Positions 49,204 through 61,284 of a stretch of 64,000 bases of DNA are shown piece by piece. This DNA is from Hormiphora californensis (lineage: Eukaryota > Animalia > Ctenophora). The position numbers were made by a program, and so were the translations under genes. The notes beneath the pieces are model-generated. The model was not told the DNA's origin, searched no databases, and saw only the letters and a program-made list of their open reading frames with translations. Within the stretch, counting starts at the first letter, position 1. The number at the start of each line of letters is the position of its first letter. The DNA is taken from assembly GCA_020137815.1 (NCBI GenBank), contig CM035355.1, positions 8,473,260 to 8,537,259 on the forward strand, in the 5' to 3' direction.

Positions 49204-51939
49204 TCTCTTTCTTTCCCTCTATCTCTCTCTTTCTTTCCCTCTCTCTCTCTATCTCTCTTTCTGCACAAAAACAAAGGGTTATATACTACCAGCAGGAGAC
49301 GGGGCAGACAAAAACAATAAATTTCCTTTGTAGACACATCTTCCACATGGGGTCCGGATAACGAGGGTCTTTGGAATGTGGATACTACATGTTTTAGCAC
49401 GTCTTCTTCTTCTTCTTCTTCTTCTTTTAGCACGTCACAATTGTCATTTTCTGTTTTTGGTGACGTTATGTTAATAACATAAGGGAAATATATGTGAGTG
49501 TATGTTAATGCTAATATCTCAAGTCTCAACATGTTTAAACACGCGTGGTGAAATATCAAATTAGGTAAATAGTGGGTCTAGGGCTGTAACTCACCTGGAC
49601 TGTAACTCGAAATTAGGTAAATAGTGTCCAAACAATGAGTCTACAAGTCCCAGTCTCACTTGGCAACATACATATCGGGTCTCATGTATTACAGTTGATA
49701 CAATGTAAAATGAATGCAGTAGCTCACATATAACAGTCCCACAATCGTGTGTTATAGCTCACACTGAATTATATTCTTTTTATGGCTCTAGTTCGGCCGA
49801 CCAAAATATTGTGGTACTGTTGTCTGTTACAGTGCCCTTAGTTGCACAACGAACACATGCCCTTAGTTGCACAACGAACACATGCCCTTAGTTGCACAAC
49901 GAACACATGCCCTTAGTTTCATGAGGGCGGTGCCGGATCAGAGAGATTACAGAGTAGATGGATACACTACTAAACTATACTCTCTGCTCTCTACTAGTGT
50001 ATTTTATTAAAATATCTCTTCAGTTGATTACTGCAGTTAGAGGTTGTTATATTTTAACACACTCTAGATAGGCAAGTTGGGGGCTTTTCAAAAGTCTCCT
50101 ACCCTCTATTGCAACATGTACAGTGTACATATACAGTATACACACACGACTAACAACCCCCTCCCCTAGATAAAACTTGATGAAAAGAGAGCTGAAAAGT
50201 TGAGCCTACCTACTGTGATTAAGAAATCTGTGAACCACCCGAACCCGCTGTATACTACACATCTAATACCTGACGTCCCTCTAAAGTCGCACACAGCATA
50301 TGTTATGAACGGCTATACGAACTATAATCATTCTCTCCCTCCAAGATTAATATCCTAACGGTTTAGGACTTGTATTATGTTTGTAAATGCTATGTTTAAA
50401 AAACAGCAATGACCGCGGTACTGCCAACTAGAAGTTAATCTCCTCTCTATTTAATTTTATTGGGTATCAGTCGCTGTTTTTTTTCTTTTATCAGAATTGT
50501 ATAGACATTTGTTTTAAATTTTATCCCAGCCCTAATAATACGACTTTTATCTTTCCAAGTTGCCCAACCCCAATCCCTATGGTTGAGTATCGATTAACCT
50601 TATAAATCCATCAGAAACTGAGTTTGGAATAAACTTCAAATAAATATGGTATTTGGTGAAACATTATGAATTCACTCATACTTGTCGAAAGGACGGATAG
50701 ATTGAAAAAGTATGTAATTTAGTGACGTGTACCGAATTACCAGACGATATGAACAATACACATCAACGTAGGGCGCGACAACATAGTGATGAGAGTCCTC
50801 GCGCAGACCTGCCAGCATTTACTGACCGCGCGCGGTCTGGCAAATGCACTCAGCTCTGAAACTGTCTGGCGGCCGGCGGCGTCAGAGGTTGCCTGGCCTA
50901 GCTCGGCGCCCCCCCCCCCCTTGGCAATTTTCGATTTGCCGCATACAGCGTCTAGACGGTGTAGCAACGATGCCTAGACGGTATACCGTCTGGACGGGTT
51001 TTGATGAAATCCGCAAAAAAAAGATGCAACATGGACTTGGAGTGGGACAAAGCTCTATTGAAGAGGGTGGAGATATAATTTTTCCCTAAATGACAAATGC
51101 ATATGTCTATCTTTAGAGTACCACACCTGTCCATCTCTCCTGAGGTGAGGTAGGGGATGGAGAAGCAGCCTTTGGTTGTGGGGGAGATCATTGGGCACGT
51201 CGCGCCCCTCGTGTTCGCTACCGTAGCGAACAATAACATGAGGGGCGCGACGCAGGTAAGGGAGATCACGGACCAGGTGGTCACAGTAAACACACTATCT
51301 TGGGATCAACATGAATGTATCGAAAGCCCGGCTGCTTATTCTTGGATCGTTTCTCATTTTCTTGACATGTTCCTTGTCTGTCAGCTCTCACACCGGGCCG
51401 AAGGCCCGGTGTGAGCTTACGCGAGCGTAAGCGAGCTGACCCTAACTCTGTCCCTAACCCTGTCCGAGGCGCTTAAAGTGCCGAACAGACAGACTGCGTA
51501 GCATGGCAATCATTTTCTAAACATATGTTGAGACATACTCATCCCATCTGGCTGAGAACTCGACTTTGATACAGTTAACAGTCAACTGGCACAGCTCATC
51601 AGCTCCCTGAATGGCAAAGACTATCATTATTGAGAACATGAGAAGTTCTAGGAGCTCACATGCACTGATATTGTCCATGTTGTAGGAGTTAATGACAGCA
51701 CTATTCTCCTCAGGTGACATATGATCTCAGGTTGAGACGGAGTGCGGGATCCCTCCGCCTGCAGATGCTGAATTACACCTTCGAGAACAAAACGTAAATG
51801 TTGAAAAGCTGCGTCAGCCAGTAAGTCCCTCCCCGTTCGGGATTTCAGATCTCTGTTCAGGCCACTCACAATGGAGAAAAGTGTTTGGTGCCGAAGTTGT
51901 TGGAATTCTCTTCCAGGGATGCGATAAAGTGTGTCAAGA

Positions 51940-51985
51940 CTGCTAGTCCACTAGTGCTAGTCCACTAGGGCTAGTCCACTGATAG
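51940..51985. repeat. Left remnant of CTAGTCCA satellite, interrupted by the LTR element
   Basis: ctgctagtccactagtgctagtccactagggctagtccactgatag, same units as 59635-60914. Confidence 0.85.
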
Positions 51986-52108
51986 TGTTATGGTTTGACA
52001 AAGTTGAAGACAAGCGTATTGCGATAACGAGAATGCGAAGTGAATTGTTATCAGTAACAGAGACATATAATACTTGAGGTTAAATCACGAGGTTGCCTGG
52101 TTACAACA
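51986..52108 (-). repeat. 3' LTR (123 bp)
   Basis: Identical by eye to 59512-59634. Confidence 0.95.
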
Positions 52109-53085
52109 AATCCTCTCTCAAAAAAAAAGATCTTAGTTAAATAAAAATAGTAAAAATTTGAAAAATTGTCTATCACACATAAAATATTGTCTTTTTGAGG
52201 GAGATGAGGTATTTTTGTAGAAAAATGAAGACCAGAAGGACTATGTTGGATTAGATAGGACGTCGACAGGAATTCGCCTGACTCCGACATGGTGAGGAAT
52301 TTCGGGATCATGGACCAAACGGGATCATGGATTGAATAAAAATTTCACATTTATCACTCTTTTCTCTAAAAATTTCTTTAATTAATAAGTCTATTATAAG
52401 TTAATGATTGATAATATGTATATCGCACTCTTTCTAACAAAAATTTATAATTTACATGATTATAGATTGTAGAATGTGGCTAGTAGGAAAGTTTATTTAT
52501 AACTAAACGAGGGTAGAATGTGGTTAGTAGAATATTTAGTTAGTATAATTAGTTGTATAATTAATTTTTTTTTTATTTAATTAACATTAGGATAGGATAG
52601 TATAGTAAAATAATTAGTAAAATAATTAGTCAGATCCTAATTATTTATTGGAATAAACCAAACGATAGAAACACGCCGCTGTTATAACTTGGCGAAATGG
52701 TTGGCACATGCGGGGGCTCATTACTATGCAACAATAAACAATTCGTTAATAAGTAACGAAGAGTAAGTGGGAGCCGTGTTCTCAAGAATCAGTTACCACA
52801 TGCCTGACCAACCTGCATAAAGTTTGTGGGAAGAGTGAACAGCGATACGTTGTGAGTCGAAAAACGTTAAAACTACGCTAGAAATCTAGCAGGGTGAAAT
52901 AACCCTAAGCTAAATCAGATGACTTCCGGGTGTATATATACGAAAAGCTAGAGCTCTAATCTATCAATAGAAAGAAGAGTTAGAGATGGCTGAGAGAATA
53001 CTTCTGATTTAGGATACACAATTGGTTGTGTGAGAAAAATGGTATTAAATACCTGTGTGTGAAAAGTGAGGAATACCGAACATTA

Positions 53086-54702
53086 CTATTTCTTCTTAGT
53101 CGGGCTAAACACGCTCCTCATCTTTTCCTGTAGCTTACTGGACTTACTTCTTGTATCATAACCACTCGAAGTCTGAGCTGTAGATTGCCCCGTGAGTTTC
53201 CTTTTCTCGGGCATGCTCTTGGTTGACGGGTTACGAGATACACCAGTAGTTTTGGGTTTAGGAGCTGGTTGGGGTTTTTCAGGTCTGGGTCTGAGATTAT
53301 AGGAAGACTTGACAGCACCTGCCGAACCAGTAATATCACTCTCCGATTGCGTACGGCTTTTACGCCGTTTAGCTAAAGGAGGGATTTTAGGAGTGGTTGT
53401 GGTAGGAGTGTGGAAAGGTGTAGAAGGAGTGGTAGGATTAGTAATAGTTACATCTCTTTGTGGAGTAGCAGTCTCCTCTTGAGCTGCTGCGGGTACATTT
53501 GAATTCGGTACCTCTGGTTCTGTATCTATTACTGATTCTGCATCAGTATTTACACCTGTAGAAGACACATCTGTAGGAATGGTGTTAGTAGCACTATGAT
53601 AGGAAGTTTCCGTATCTGTGTTAACTCCTGAAGAAGAAACATCTATAGGAGTGGTGTTAGTTGCTCTGTGATAGGAAGTTTCTGTGTCTGTATTAACTCC
53701 CGAAGAATTCACGTCTGTAGGAGTAGTGTTAGTAGCTCTGTGATAGGAAGATAGTCGTGGGCTTCTCCTGGTATGAGGAGGGAGGGGGTCAAGTAGAAAA
53801 TCATCTTCGATTGAAGATGCATAGGAAGTAGTACGTCTACGTCTTGAAGGAATAGGAGGGACGTTTGATGGTTTAGGAATAGAAGTATCGATGGAAGATG
53901 GTCGTGAGTACTTATTTTTAACATAGTGTTTCATTTTAGTAATACTAACTAATTTCTCTTTGCCATCAAAATTAATAACATAATTATAGTCATTAATTTT
54001 CTTTAGAACTTTATGTGGACCAGTCCACTTTTGGGAGTATTTATGATTAGGAACATTTATCAACAACATACACAACATACCTTCTTCAAAGAACGGTCCT
54101 CTTACTTTTTTATCGTAGTTGGTACTCATGTATTGGATGTGTTTGTTGATTTTCTCACGAACCCGACGTGTAGTATCACGTACATGAGAATACATTTTAT
54201 ACGCTGCAGTATCGTAATCACCAGGATTGTGTTCCTGGTTGTTTGGTAGGAATAGGTCACGAGGCGTGCGTGCCTCTTGGCCAAATAAAAGAAAGTTAGG
54301 AGAGTATCCAGTACGATTGGATCTCATGCAGTTAAGAGTAAAAACTATCCAGTCAATGTATTCGTCATACCTGTGATAGTCTTTATTAGCTAGAATAGCC
54401 CTGAAACAGGTGTTAATACGTCGGTGGCATGATTCCACCTTGCCTTGGGTAGAAGATTTCCACGGAGTGGAATGTAGTTTTTGTATCCCAAAAACTTTAC
54501 AAACCTCTTTGAAGAGATTAGATTCAAATCCAGAACCCTGATCACTTTGAATCCGGTTAGGAACACCAAACTTAGAAATCCAGTGTTTCATGATTGCTCT
54601 TATAGTATGTTCTGCACTAGTAGATCGCACAGGTACACACACTAAGTAAGAACTATACATGTCCACTATAGTTAGAAGAGCTACGTGACCACGAGGGGTA
54701 CG
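53086..54702 (-). pseudogene. pol: C-terminal part of pol: integrase core (after first Asp), GPY/F-like region and long Thr/Ser/Pro tail
   Basis: IVDMYS...IQSDQGSGFES...STQGKVESCHR...WTGPHKV; separated from the rest of pol by a MITE; same reading frame as 55153-58281. Confidence 0.9.
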
Positions 54703-55239
54703 CCCCCCATAGGAATTTCGCGCGGAGGAACCTGCATTCTCCAGCCTTTTCGTCACGCGAATGAAGGTGATTATCCAAGAAAAAACTAGCTAAAGTCCTG
54801 GAGAAAACAGGCATTCGTGCAGTCATTGTCTACTACCGCGTTCCCCCTGTCAACACTGTCTGGCTGGAGAGGGGCGAGAATGGGAGAGAAAGAGGGGGTA
54901 GCTGTCAAGTGAATACCTACAACAATGGGAGAAAACTATGACACCAAGTGTCACTAACTATAGCTATATGTATCTATGCATTAATCTAAATAAAACCCAG
55001 ATAGTATTATATTTTCTACAATATTATGTTACCTCCCGTTTTTTGGGAGTCTGTAAGTTAAATATTTTCTGAGATACACCAGACAAAGTTGAAAGGGGGA
55101 ACGCGGCAACAGACAATGACTGCACTAATGCCTGTTTTCTCCAGGACTTTAGCTAGTTTTTTCTTGGATAATCACCTTCATTCGGGTGACGAAAAGGCTG
55201 GAGGATGCAGGTTCCTCCGCGCGAAATTTCTATGGGGGG
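54703..55239. mobile_element. 537-bp MITE with ~145-bp TIRs and C6...G6 ends inserted in integrase
   Basis: 54703-54848 is the reverse complement of ~55094-55239 with scattered mismatches; introduces a stop at 55153. Confidence 0.93.
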
Positions 55240-58200
55240 CGTTTTAGAAGGTTCCAAATGGTCAATCTGAATACACGAATTGAATGAGCTATAAATTATG
55301 GGTTTGAGTGGGGCTTTGAGTGGTCGATTGGTTGCTTTTGATCGTTGACATGTGACACATGCTGAGACATATAACTTGACCTCTTGTCTTATTTTGTAGA
55401 AATGGAATCTATGTGATAGCTGATCTAGTGTATTCTTCATACCAGGGTGACAACTACCAATGTTATCGTGGAATGAGGAAATGGCACGTCTAATTAACGT
55501 GTAAGGAAGAACAGTGACCCATTTTGGATCATTCTGTTCGGGTAGGAATGTTTTTAGCATGAGTAAACCCTTGCTAAATTTTAGGAGTTCAAATTTTCTG
55601 TAGTAGTAACTGATCTCTTTGTGACACTTAGAAAGTTCAAGATCAGGTTTAGAATCATTAGTTACCCATTCAATTACCTCAGAAATGATCTTATCATTTT
55701 GGTATTCTGCAATTATCTCCTCGGTAGTAATAGCTTGATCATCACCTTCAGGATCGGTGAGAGTTAGGACCTTGTTGAGTTTAGAAAATGTAGAACACGG
55801 AATCTCCTCATCACTGGAATATTCCGGGGGGATAGAAAGTGAAGAACTATCTGATAAGGAAGTGTCAATTAGTTCCTTAATTTTCCTAATTCTTCTTTTA
55901 GTTTTAGGTCTAGAATTAATATCAGTCTGTGTACCCACAGATTGTTCTGAAATGTTATGGGCATATCTACTGAGATAATCAGCAATTTGTATGTCCTCAG
56001 AACGGCCACTGACATGTTTTATAGTAAATCTGTAACTTGATAAGTCAGCAATTCGACGCTGCATATATGCATTATCTTTAGAAAACAGGGTTTGTAAATT
56101 GAGAAGTGCTTTACAATCACTTAAAATAGTAAATTGGCTACCTTGTAAGTAGATTTTCCAATGCATTATAGCAGAATGTAGGGCTAGAAATTCTAATCTA
56201 GTAGCACCCCATTTTTGCAAATGTTTAGGAACTCGTTTAGAATAGTAGGATATAACTTTGCGTTGTTTGGTTCTAGGATCGAGTTGGGTTAGAACAGCAC
56301 CTAGACCTCGTTTGGAAGCGTCTAGAGTTACTACGTAGGAGTTGTGCGTGTCATTGACATCGGGCACGGATAGGATAGGAGCTGAAGACATGGCATGTTT
56401 CAGCTGATTGAATGAGTCTTGACAAGTTTTAGTCCAAACTAGCTCTTTTTTCTTATCAGTGTTACCACCAGTAAGAGCATAGAGAGGAGCTGCCATCTCG
56501 GCAAAACCCTTTATAAAGTTGCGATGGTAGTTAACCATGCCTAGAAACTTTTGTACCTGTTTGATACTAGTTGGGGTAGGAAGATTTCTAATAGCTTTCA
56601 CTTTGTCAGGATCCATGGAAATTCCATCCTTAGAAATCTGTAAACCAAGAAATTTAACTCCTTGTTGGAAGAGCTTAGTTTTCTTAGGAGAGAGTTTTAG
56701 GTTAGCAAAGGTTAGTCTGTCAAAAACAAACTTTAACCGACGGAGATGATCGGGATAGGTATTACTGCATACCAAGAGATCATCTATGTATAGAATCAAA
56801 GCCTTGAAAGGAACTTTGTTAAATAGTAATGCCATTGCACGAGAAAACTCGGCACTAGAAGATGATTGACCTTGTATCATCCGGTTAAACATGTATCGTT
56901 TACCGTTATAAGTGAAGGCTGTGAGATGTCTGCTTTCCTTCTCGAGCCCAATTTGAGTAAAAGAACTAACAAAATCCAAAGATGATAGGATGTTGTGTTC
57001 TGATAACCTGTCAAAGATGTTATTAATTCTAGGAAGTTCGTAGTTATCTTGAATGCACTGAGAGTTTAGACTTCTAGCATCCACGACGAATCGCCAGGAA
57101 GTAGAACCAGAAGAATTCTTAGGAACCATGAAAACAGCACTGTTCCAAAGAGAATACTTGCAGGGTGAAATCTGACCAGATTCAGAGAGATTAGTAATTT
57201 CCTTATCTAGGAAAGGTTTAATACGGTGGCCAACAGGCCGGGAAGGAACCCATTTAGGGATGAAATCACGCTTCAGATGAAGTTGTGATTCGTAGAAGGA
57301 AGCACATCCTAAATCGTTAGGATTGCGTGCAAAGATATGAGAATACTCACAAATCAGTTCACGTAGCTGTTCTCGATAAAGTTCAGGAACATGGTTGAGT
57401 TCATTTATCTTTAACTGATTTAGGAGGTCGTTAGTATCTTTCCATTTGCCATTCTCGATTGTATCTTCTATCGAACAAGCTGTGGGAAGTCTAGGAATAT
57501 CACAAGAAGAATCATACCAGTCTTTTTTTCCAGTGAACTGCTTCAGTGATCTCACCTCTTCAGCCTGGGAATTATCAACCGGGTTAAAAAATGCAACAAG
57601 TTGGTTCTTGTATATTGTTACATCATTCTCGGTGGGGTTAATGCAATGCACATGCACTTTATTACCCTTTGAGTATGATAACGTACCAGTAACAAGCAAA
57701 TTGCATTTACTTGTTAGATTGTAGAATGGTTCGATAATGCCTTCCCTGTCACGAGGGTGTGGCTCAGAAAAATGTTTGTCACGTGAGGTGGAAGATAGTG
57801 GAAATGAACCACGTACAAACTTAGAACAGTTAGCAGGAATAGTAATGGTCTTACAAAGTTTAATCTTCGTCCTAGTGTTAATAGAAGAAGGTTTGTAAGT
57901 GGTAGGAATGTCTTGATCGGGTAGTTTAACAAGACGGTTAGGAATATCAATTGTCATCTCATAGGATTGTATGAGATCCATACCGAGTAGAAAATCAGTG
58001 TCAATATGATCACTAACTATAAAACGTTCAGTACGTCGTGACTTTCCTATATCAGTCGGTAAGTCAATCTCACCTCTCATAGGAATAATCCGCTTTCCCA
58101 ATCCGGTAATAAGCTTACTTGAAGGACGTATCTGAGTAGAAAGACCAAGTATGTGAACAATTCGTGTAGCAACTAAGCTAACATGAGCTCCAGTATCAAT

Positions 58201-58340
58201 TAGAAAGTTAACTGGGTGTCCACAGCAGTATCCATTTAGAAGAATTTCACGTCTGAGAGGTCGACTGTGATTATTACCCAAGTTTATTGAGAATTCAGAA
58301 GATCTCAGAGAATTGGGGTTAGGAGTATCGTCGCCTCTCT
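55240..58340 (-). pseudogene. pol: pol N-terminal part: aspartic protease, reverse transcriptase, RNase H, integrase zinc finger (truncated by MITE)
   Basis: FLIDTGA (protease), LYIDDLL (RT), VTLDASKRGLGAVL (RNase H), H..H..C..C zinc finger, then DHLEP; frame is -1 relative to gag. Confidence 0.93.
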
Positions 58341-59483
58341 CTAATAAAAATGTTGGTAATCACTATTACGTTTCCTGGAAGAGGTGTTAGGACAGTTACT
58401 TCTGTAGTGGTTACCCTTACAGTTGTAGCACTCAATACGATCACGAGAAGAACTGCGATCTCTAGAACGAGAACCACGGCTAGAATTAGAATAACGATCT
58501 CTAGAGTGAGATCTGTCCCTAGAATGATCCCTATAACGGTTAGAACGGGATGAGTAGGATGATCTATAACGTCCTGGAGATCGGGAGGGAGTTCTCCTGT
58601 TGTGACGATGGTAGGAATGTCGTGTATGACTTCTACGAGGTGACCTAGATGAGTGTCTACCCTTGTAGCTAAAATGACTATCTTGATCGGAATCAGAATT
58701 GTCAGAGTTGAAAGGTGTAACCTTTCTTTTAGAAAGTTTAGAATGAGATGATTTTGAAAATCTTACCTCAGATTTTAGGATACTACCAGTTGCCTCTACG
58801 TCAGAGCTTGTAGCAGTAGAATTAGGGTTGAACTGTTTAGCCACCCTTTCCAAGTTGCGGGCTTCACGCACTGCATCTGTGAAAACTGTTATAGAAGAGT
58901 TCTCATTCAGCTTTCGCCGAATTTCAGGATCGTTGAGACCCCTTAGGAATACCATCAGGCAGCTGTCATTGGCCAACCCCTGGTCTGTAGGATAGGCTAA
59001 TTCTGCTTTCTGTCTTAGCCTGAAAACATACTCAGAAACAGTTTCTGATGATTTCTGAGTACAGTCTAGTAGACTGTTACGGAGTGAGAAACGTTGCTCT
59101 CCGTAAATGATGTCTTTTAGACGTTTTAGGAATTGAACGTGATCCAACTTCACGTCTTCTAGAATGTTAGCATGTCTTACCAAGGCGTAGGTTTGATCAC
59201 ACTTGATAGAAGTTAGAAACAAAGCAAACTGCTGAGTGGGTGGAGTTCTTGAAATTTCCACATGTTCAGAAAAGCGGTTGCAATGGGTAGGAAAACTGTC
59301 ACCTTTGTTAAATAAGGGCAGTTGGTTTGCAAACGAAAACGAATTCAATGCGGAGGCAATCGCATTAACCGAGTCTTGTTCAAGAGTAGGATTAGGAGGT
59401 TGAACAAGTGCTTCGATCTCATCCTTTAGTGCAGGATGGTTAGAAATAAATGCCTCTAACTTGGACTTATAGTCCTCGGACAT
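58341..59483 (-). CDS. gag: Gag with RS-rich region and CCHC zinc knuckle
   Basis: 380-aa ORF just after the PBS; Q..SETVSEYVFRLR, FLRGL and CYNCKGNHYRSNC motifs. Confidence 0.92.
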   Translation of the reverse strand: MSEDYKSKLEAFISNHPALKDEIEALVQPPNPTLEQDSVNAIASALNSFSFANQLPLFNKGDSFPTHCNRFSEHVEISRTPPTQQFALFLTSIKCDQTYALVRHANILEDVKLDHVQFLKRLKDIIYGEQRFSLRNSLLDCTQKSSETVSEYVFRLRQKAELAYPTDQGLANDSCLMVFLRGLNDPEIRRKLNENSSITVFTDAVREARNLERVAKQFNPNSTATSSDVEATGSILKSEVRFSKSSHSKLSKRKVTPFNSDNSDSDQDSHFSYKGRHSSRSPRRSHTRHSYHRHNRRTPSRSPGRYRSSYSSRSNRYRDHSRDRSHSRDRYSNSSRGSRSRDRSSSRDRIECYNCKGNHYRSNCPNTSSRKRNSDYQHFY

Positions 59484-59497
59484 ATTGGGTTTTTAGT

Positions 59498-59509
59498 ACT
59501 CAGGCTCCA
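59498..59509 (-). promoter_or_regulatory. Putative primer-binding site (TGGAGCCTGAGT)
   Basis: Starts with TGG 2 nt inside the 5' LTR boundary; cognate tRNA not identified. Confidence 0.6.
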
Positions 59510-59511
59510 AT

Positions 59512-59634
59512 TGTTATGGTTTGACAAAGTTGAAGACAAGCGTATTGCGATAACGAGAATGCGAAGTGAATTGTTATCAGTAACAGAGACATATAATACT
59601 TGAGGTTAAATCACGAGGTTGCCTGGTTACAACA
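59512..59634 (-). repeat. 5' LTR (123 bp)
   Basis: TG...CA ends, identical to 51986-52108. Confidence 0.95.
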
Positions 59635-60914
59635 ATAGTCCACTAGGGCTAGTCCACTGCTTGTCCACTGCTAGTCCACTGCACTAGGGCTACTCCACTG
59701 CTAGCACACTAGGGCTAGTCCACTGCTAGTCCAATAGGGCTAGTCCACTGCTAGTCCACTGATAGCAATCAGTCCATTAGGGCTACTCCACTGCTAGCAC
59801 ACTAGGGCTAGTCCACTGCTAGTCCACTGCTAGTCCACTGCTAATCCATTGCTAGTCCACTAGGGCTAGTCCCCTACAAGTCCACTGCTAGTCCACTAGG
59901 GCTAGTCCACTGCTAGTCCACTAGGGCTAGTCCACTAGGGCTAGTCCACTAGGGCTAGTCCACTAGGGCTAGTCCACTGCAAGTCCATTGCTAGTCCATT
60001 ACGGCTAGTCCATTACTAGGGCTAGTCCATTACTAGGGCTATTCCACTAGGGCTAGTCCACTTGGGCTAGTCCAATTGGGCTAGTCCACTGCTAGTCCAC
60101 TGATAGCAATCAGTCCATTAGGGCTACTCCACTGCTAGCACACTAGGGCTAGTCCACTGCTAGTCCACTGCTAGTCCACTGCTAATCCATTGCTAGTCCA
60201 CTAGGGCTAGTCCCCTACAAGTCCACTGCTAGTCCAATTGGGCTAGTCCACTGCTAGTCCACTAGGGCTAGTCCACTGCTAGTCCACTGCTAGTCCACTG
60301 CTAATCCACTGCTAGTCCACTAGGGCTAGTCCACTAGGGCTAGTCCACTGCAAGTCCATTGCTAGTCCATTACGGCTAGTCCACTGCTAGTCCACTATAG
60401 CAAGCCCACTGCGAGTCCACTGCTAGGGCTAGTCCCCTACAAGTCCACTGCTAGTCCACTAGGGCTAGTCCACTGCTAGTCCACTAGGGCTAGTCAACTG
60501 CTAGTCCACTGTTAGTACACTAGGACTAATCCCCTGCTAGTCCACTGCTAGTCCACTAGGGCTGGTCCACTGCAAATCCACTGCTAGTCCACTGCTAGTC
60601 CACTGCTAGTCCACTTGGGCTAGTCCACTGCTAGTCCACAAGGGCTAATCCACTGCTAGTCCACTGCTAGTCCACTGCTAGTATAACACTATAGGGCTAG
60701 TACACTGCTAGTCCACTGATAGTCCACTAGGACTGGTCCACTGCACGTCCACTGCTAGTCCACTTGGGCTAATCCACTGCTAGTCCACCAGGGCTGGTCC
60801 ACTACACGTTCATTGCAAGTCCACTTGGGCTAATCCACTGCTAGTCCACCAGGGCTAGTCTACTGCTAGTAGAATACTGCAAGTATACAGCTAGTCCACT
60901 AGGGCTAGTCCACT
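59635..60914. repeat. Satellite of 11-14-bp units (ctagtccactg / ctagtccactaggg) adjoining telomeric repeats
   Basis: ~100 degenerate units with higher-order duplication (e.g. 59750-59890 vs 60090-60235). Confidence 0.92.
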
Positions 60915-61273
60915 GGGTTAGGGTTAGGGTTAGGGTTAGGGTTAGGGTTAGGGTTAGGGTTAGGGTTAGGGTTAGGGTTAGGGTTAGGGTTAGGGTTAGG
61001 GTTAGGGTTAGGGTTAGGGTTAGGGTTAGGGTTAGGGTTAGGGTTAGGGTTAGGGTTAGGGTTAGGGTTAGGGTTAGGGTTAGGGTTAGGGTTAGGGTTA
61101 GGGTTAGGGTTAGGGTTAGGGTTAGGGTTAGGGTTAGGGTTAGGGTTAGGGTTAGGGTTAGGGTTAGGGTTAGGGTTAGGGTTAGGGTTAGGGTTAGGGT
61201 TAGGGTTAGGGTTAGGGTTAGGGTTAGGGTTAGGGTTAGGGTTAGGGTTAGGGTTAGGGTTAGGGTTAGGGTT
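60915..61273 (+). repeat. Perfect (TTAGGG)n telomeric array, ~60 copies
   Basis: Directly visible. Confidence 0.98.
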
Positions 61274-61284
61274 AAGTAGGTGGT

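Larger units (their letters stand above)
51986..59634 (-). mobile_element. Ty3/Gypsy LTR retrotransposon, full length, recent insertion
   Basis: Identical 123-bp TG...CA LTRs, 4-bp TSD ATAG (51982-51985, 59635-59638), PBS-like TGG beside the 5' LTR, short purine tract (gagagagga) before the 3' LTR, gag then PR-RT-RH-IN. Confidence 0.97.

Noticed and set aside
54732-55175. MITE spliced out as an intron (AAG|GTGATT ... TGCAG|G) leaving pol in frame
   Set aside because: It would leave 31 extra residues in the integrase core, and the acceptor lacks a pyrimidine tract; no support without transcripts.
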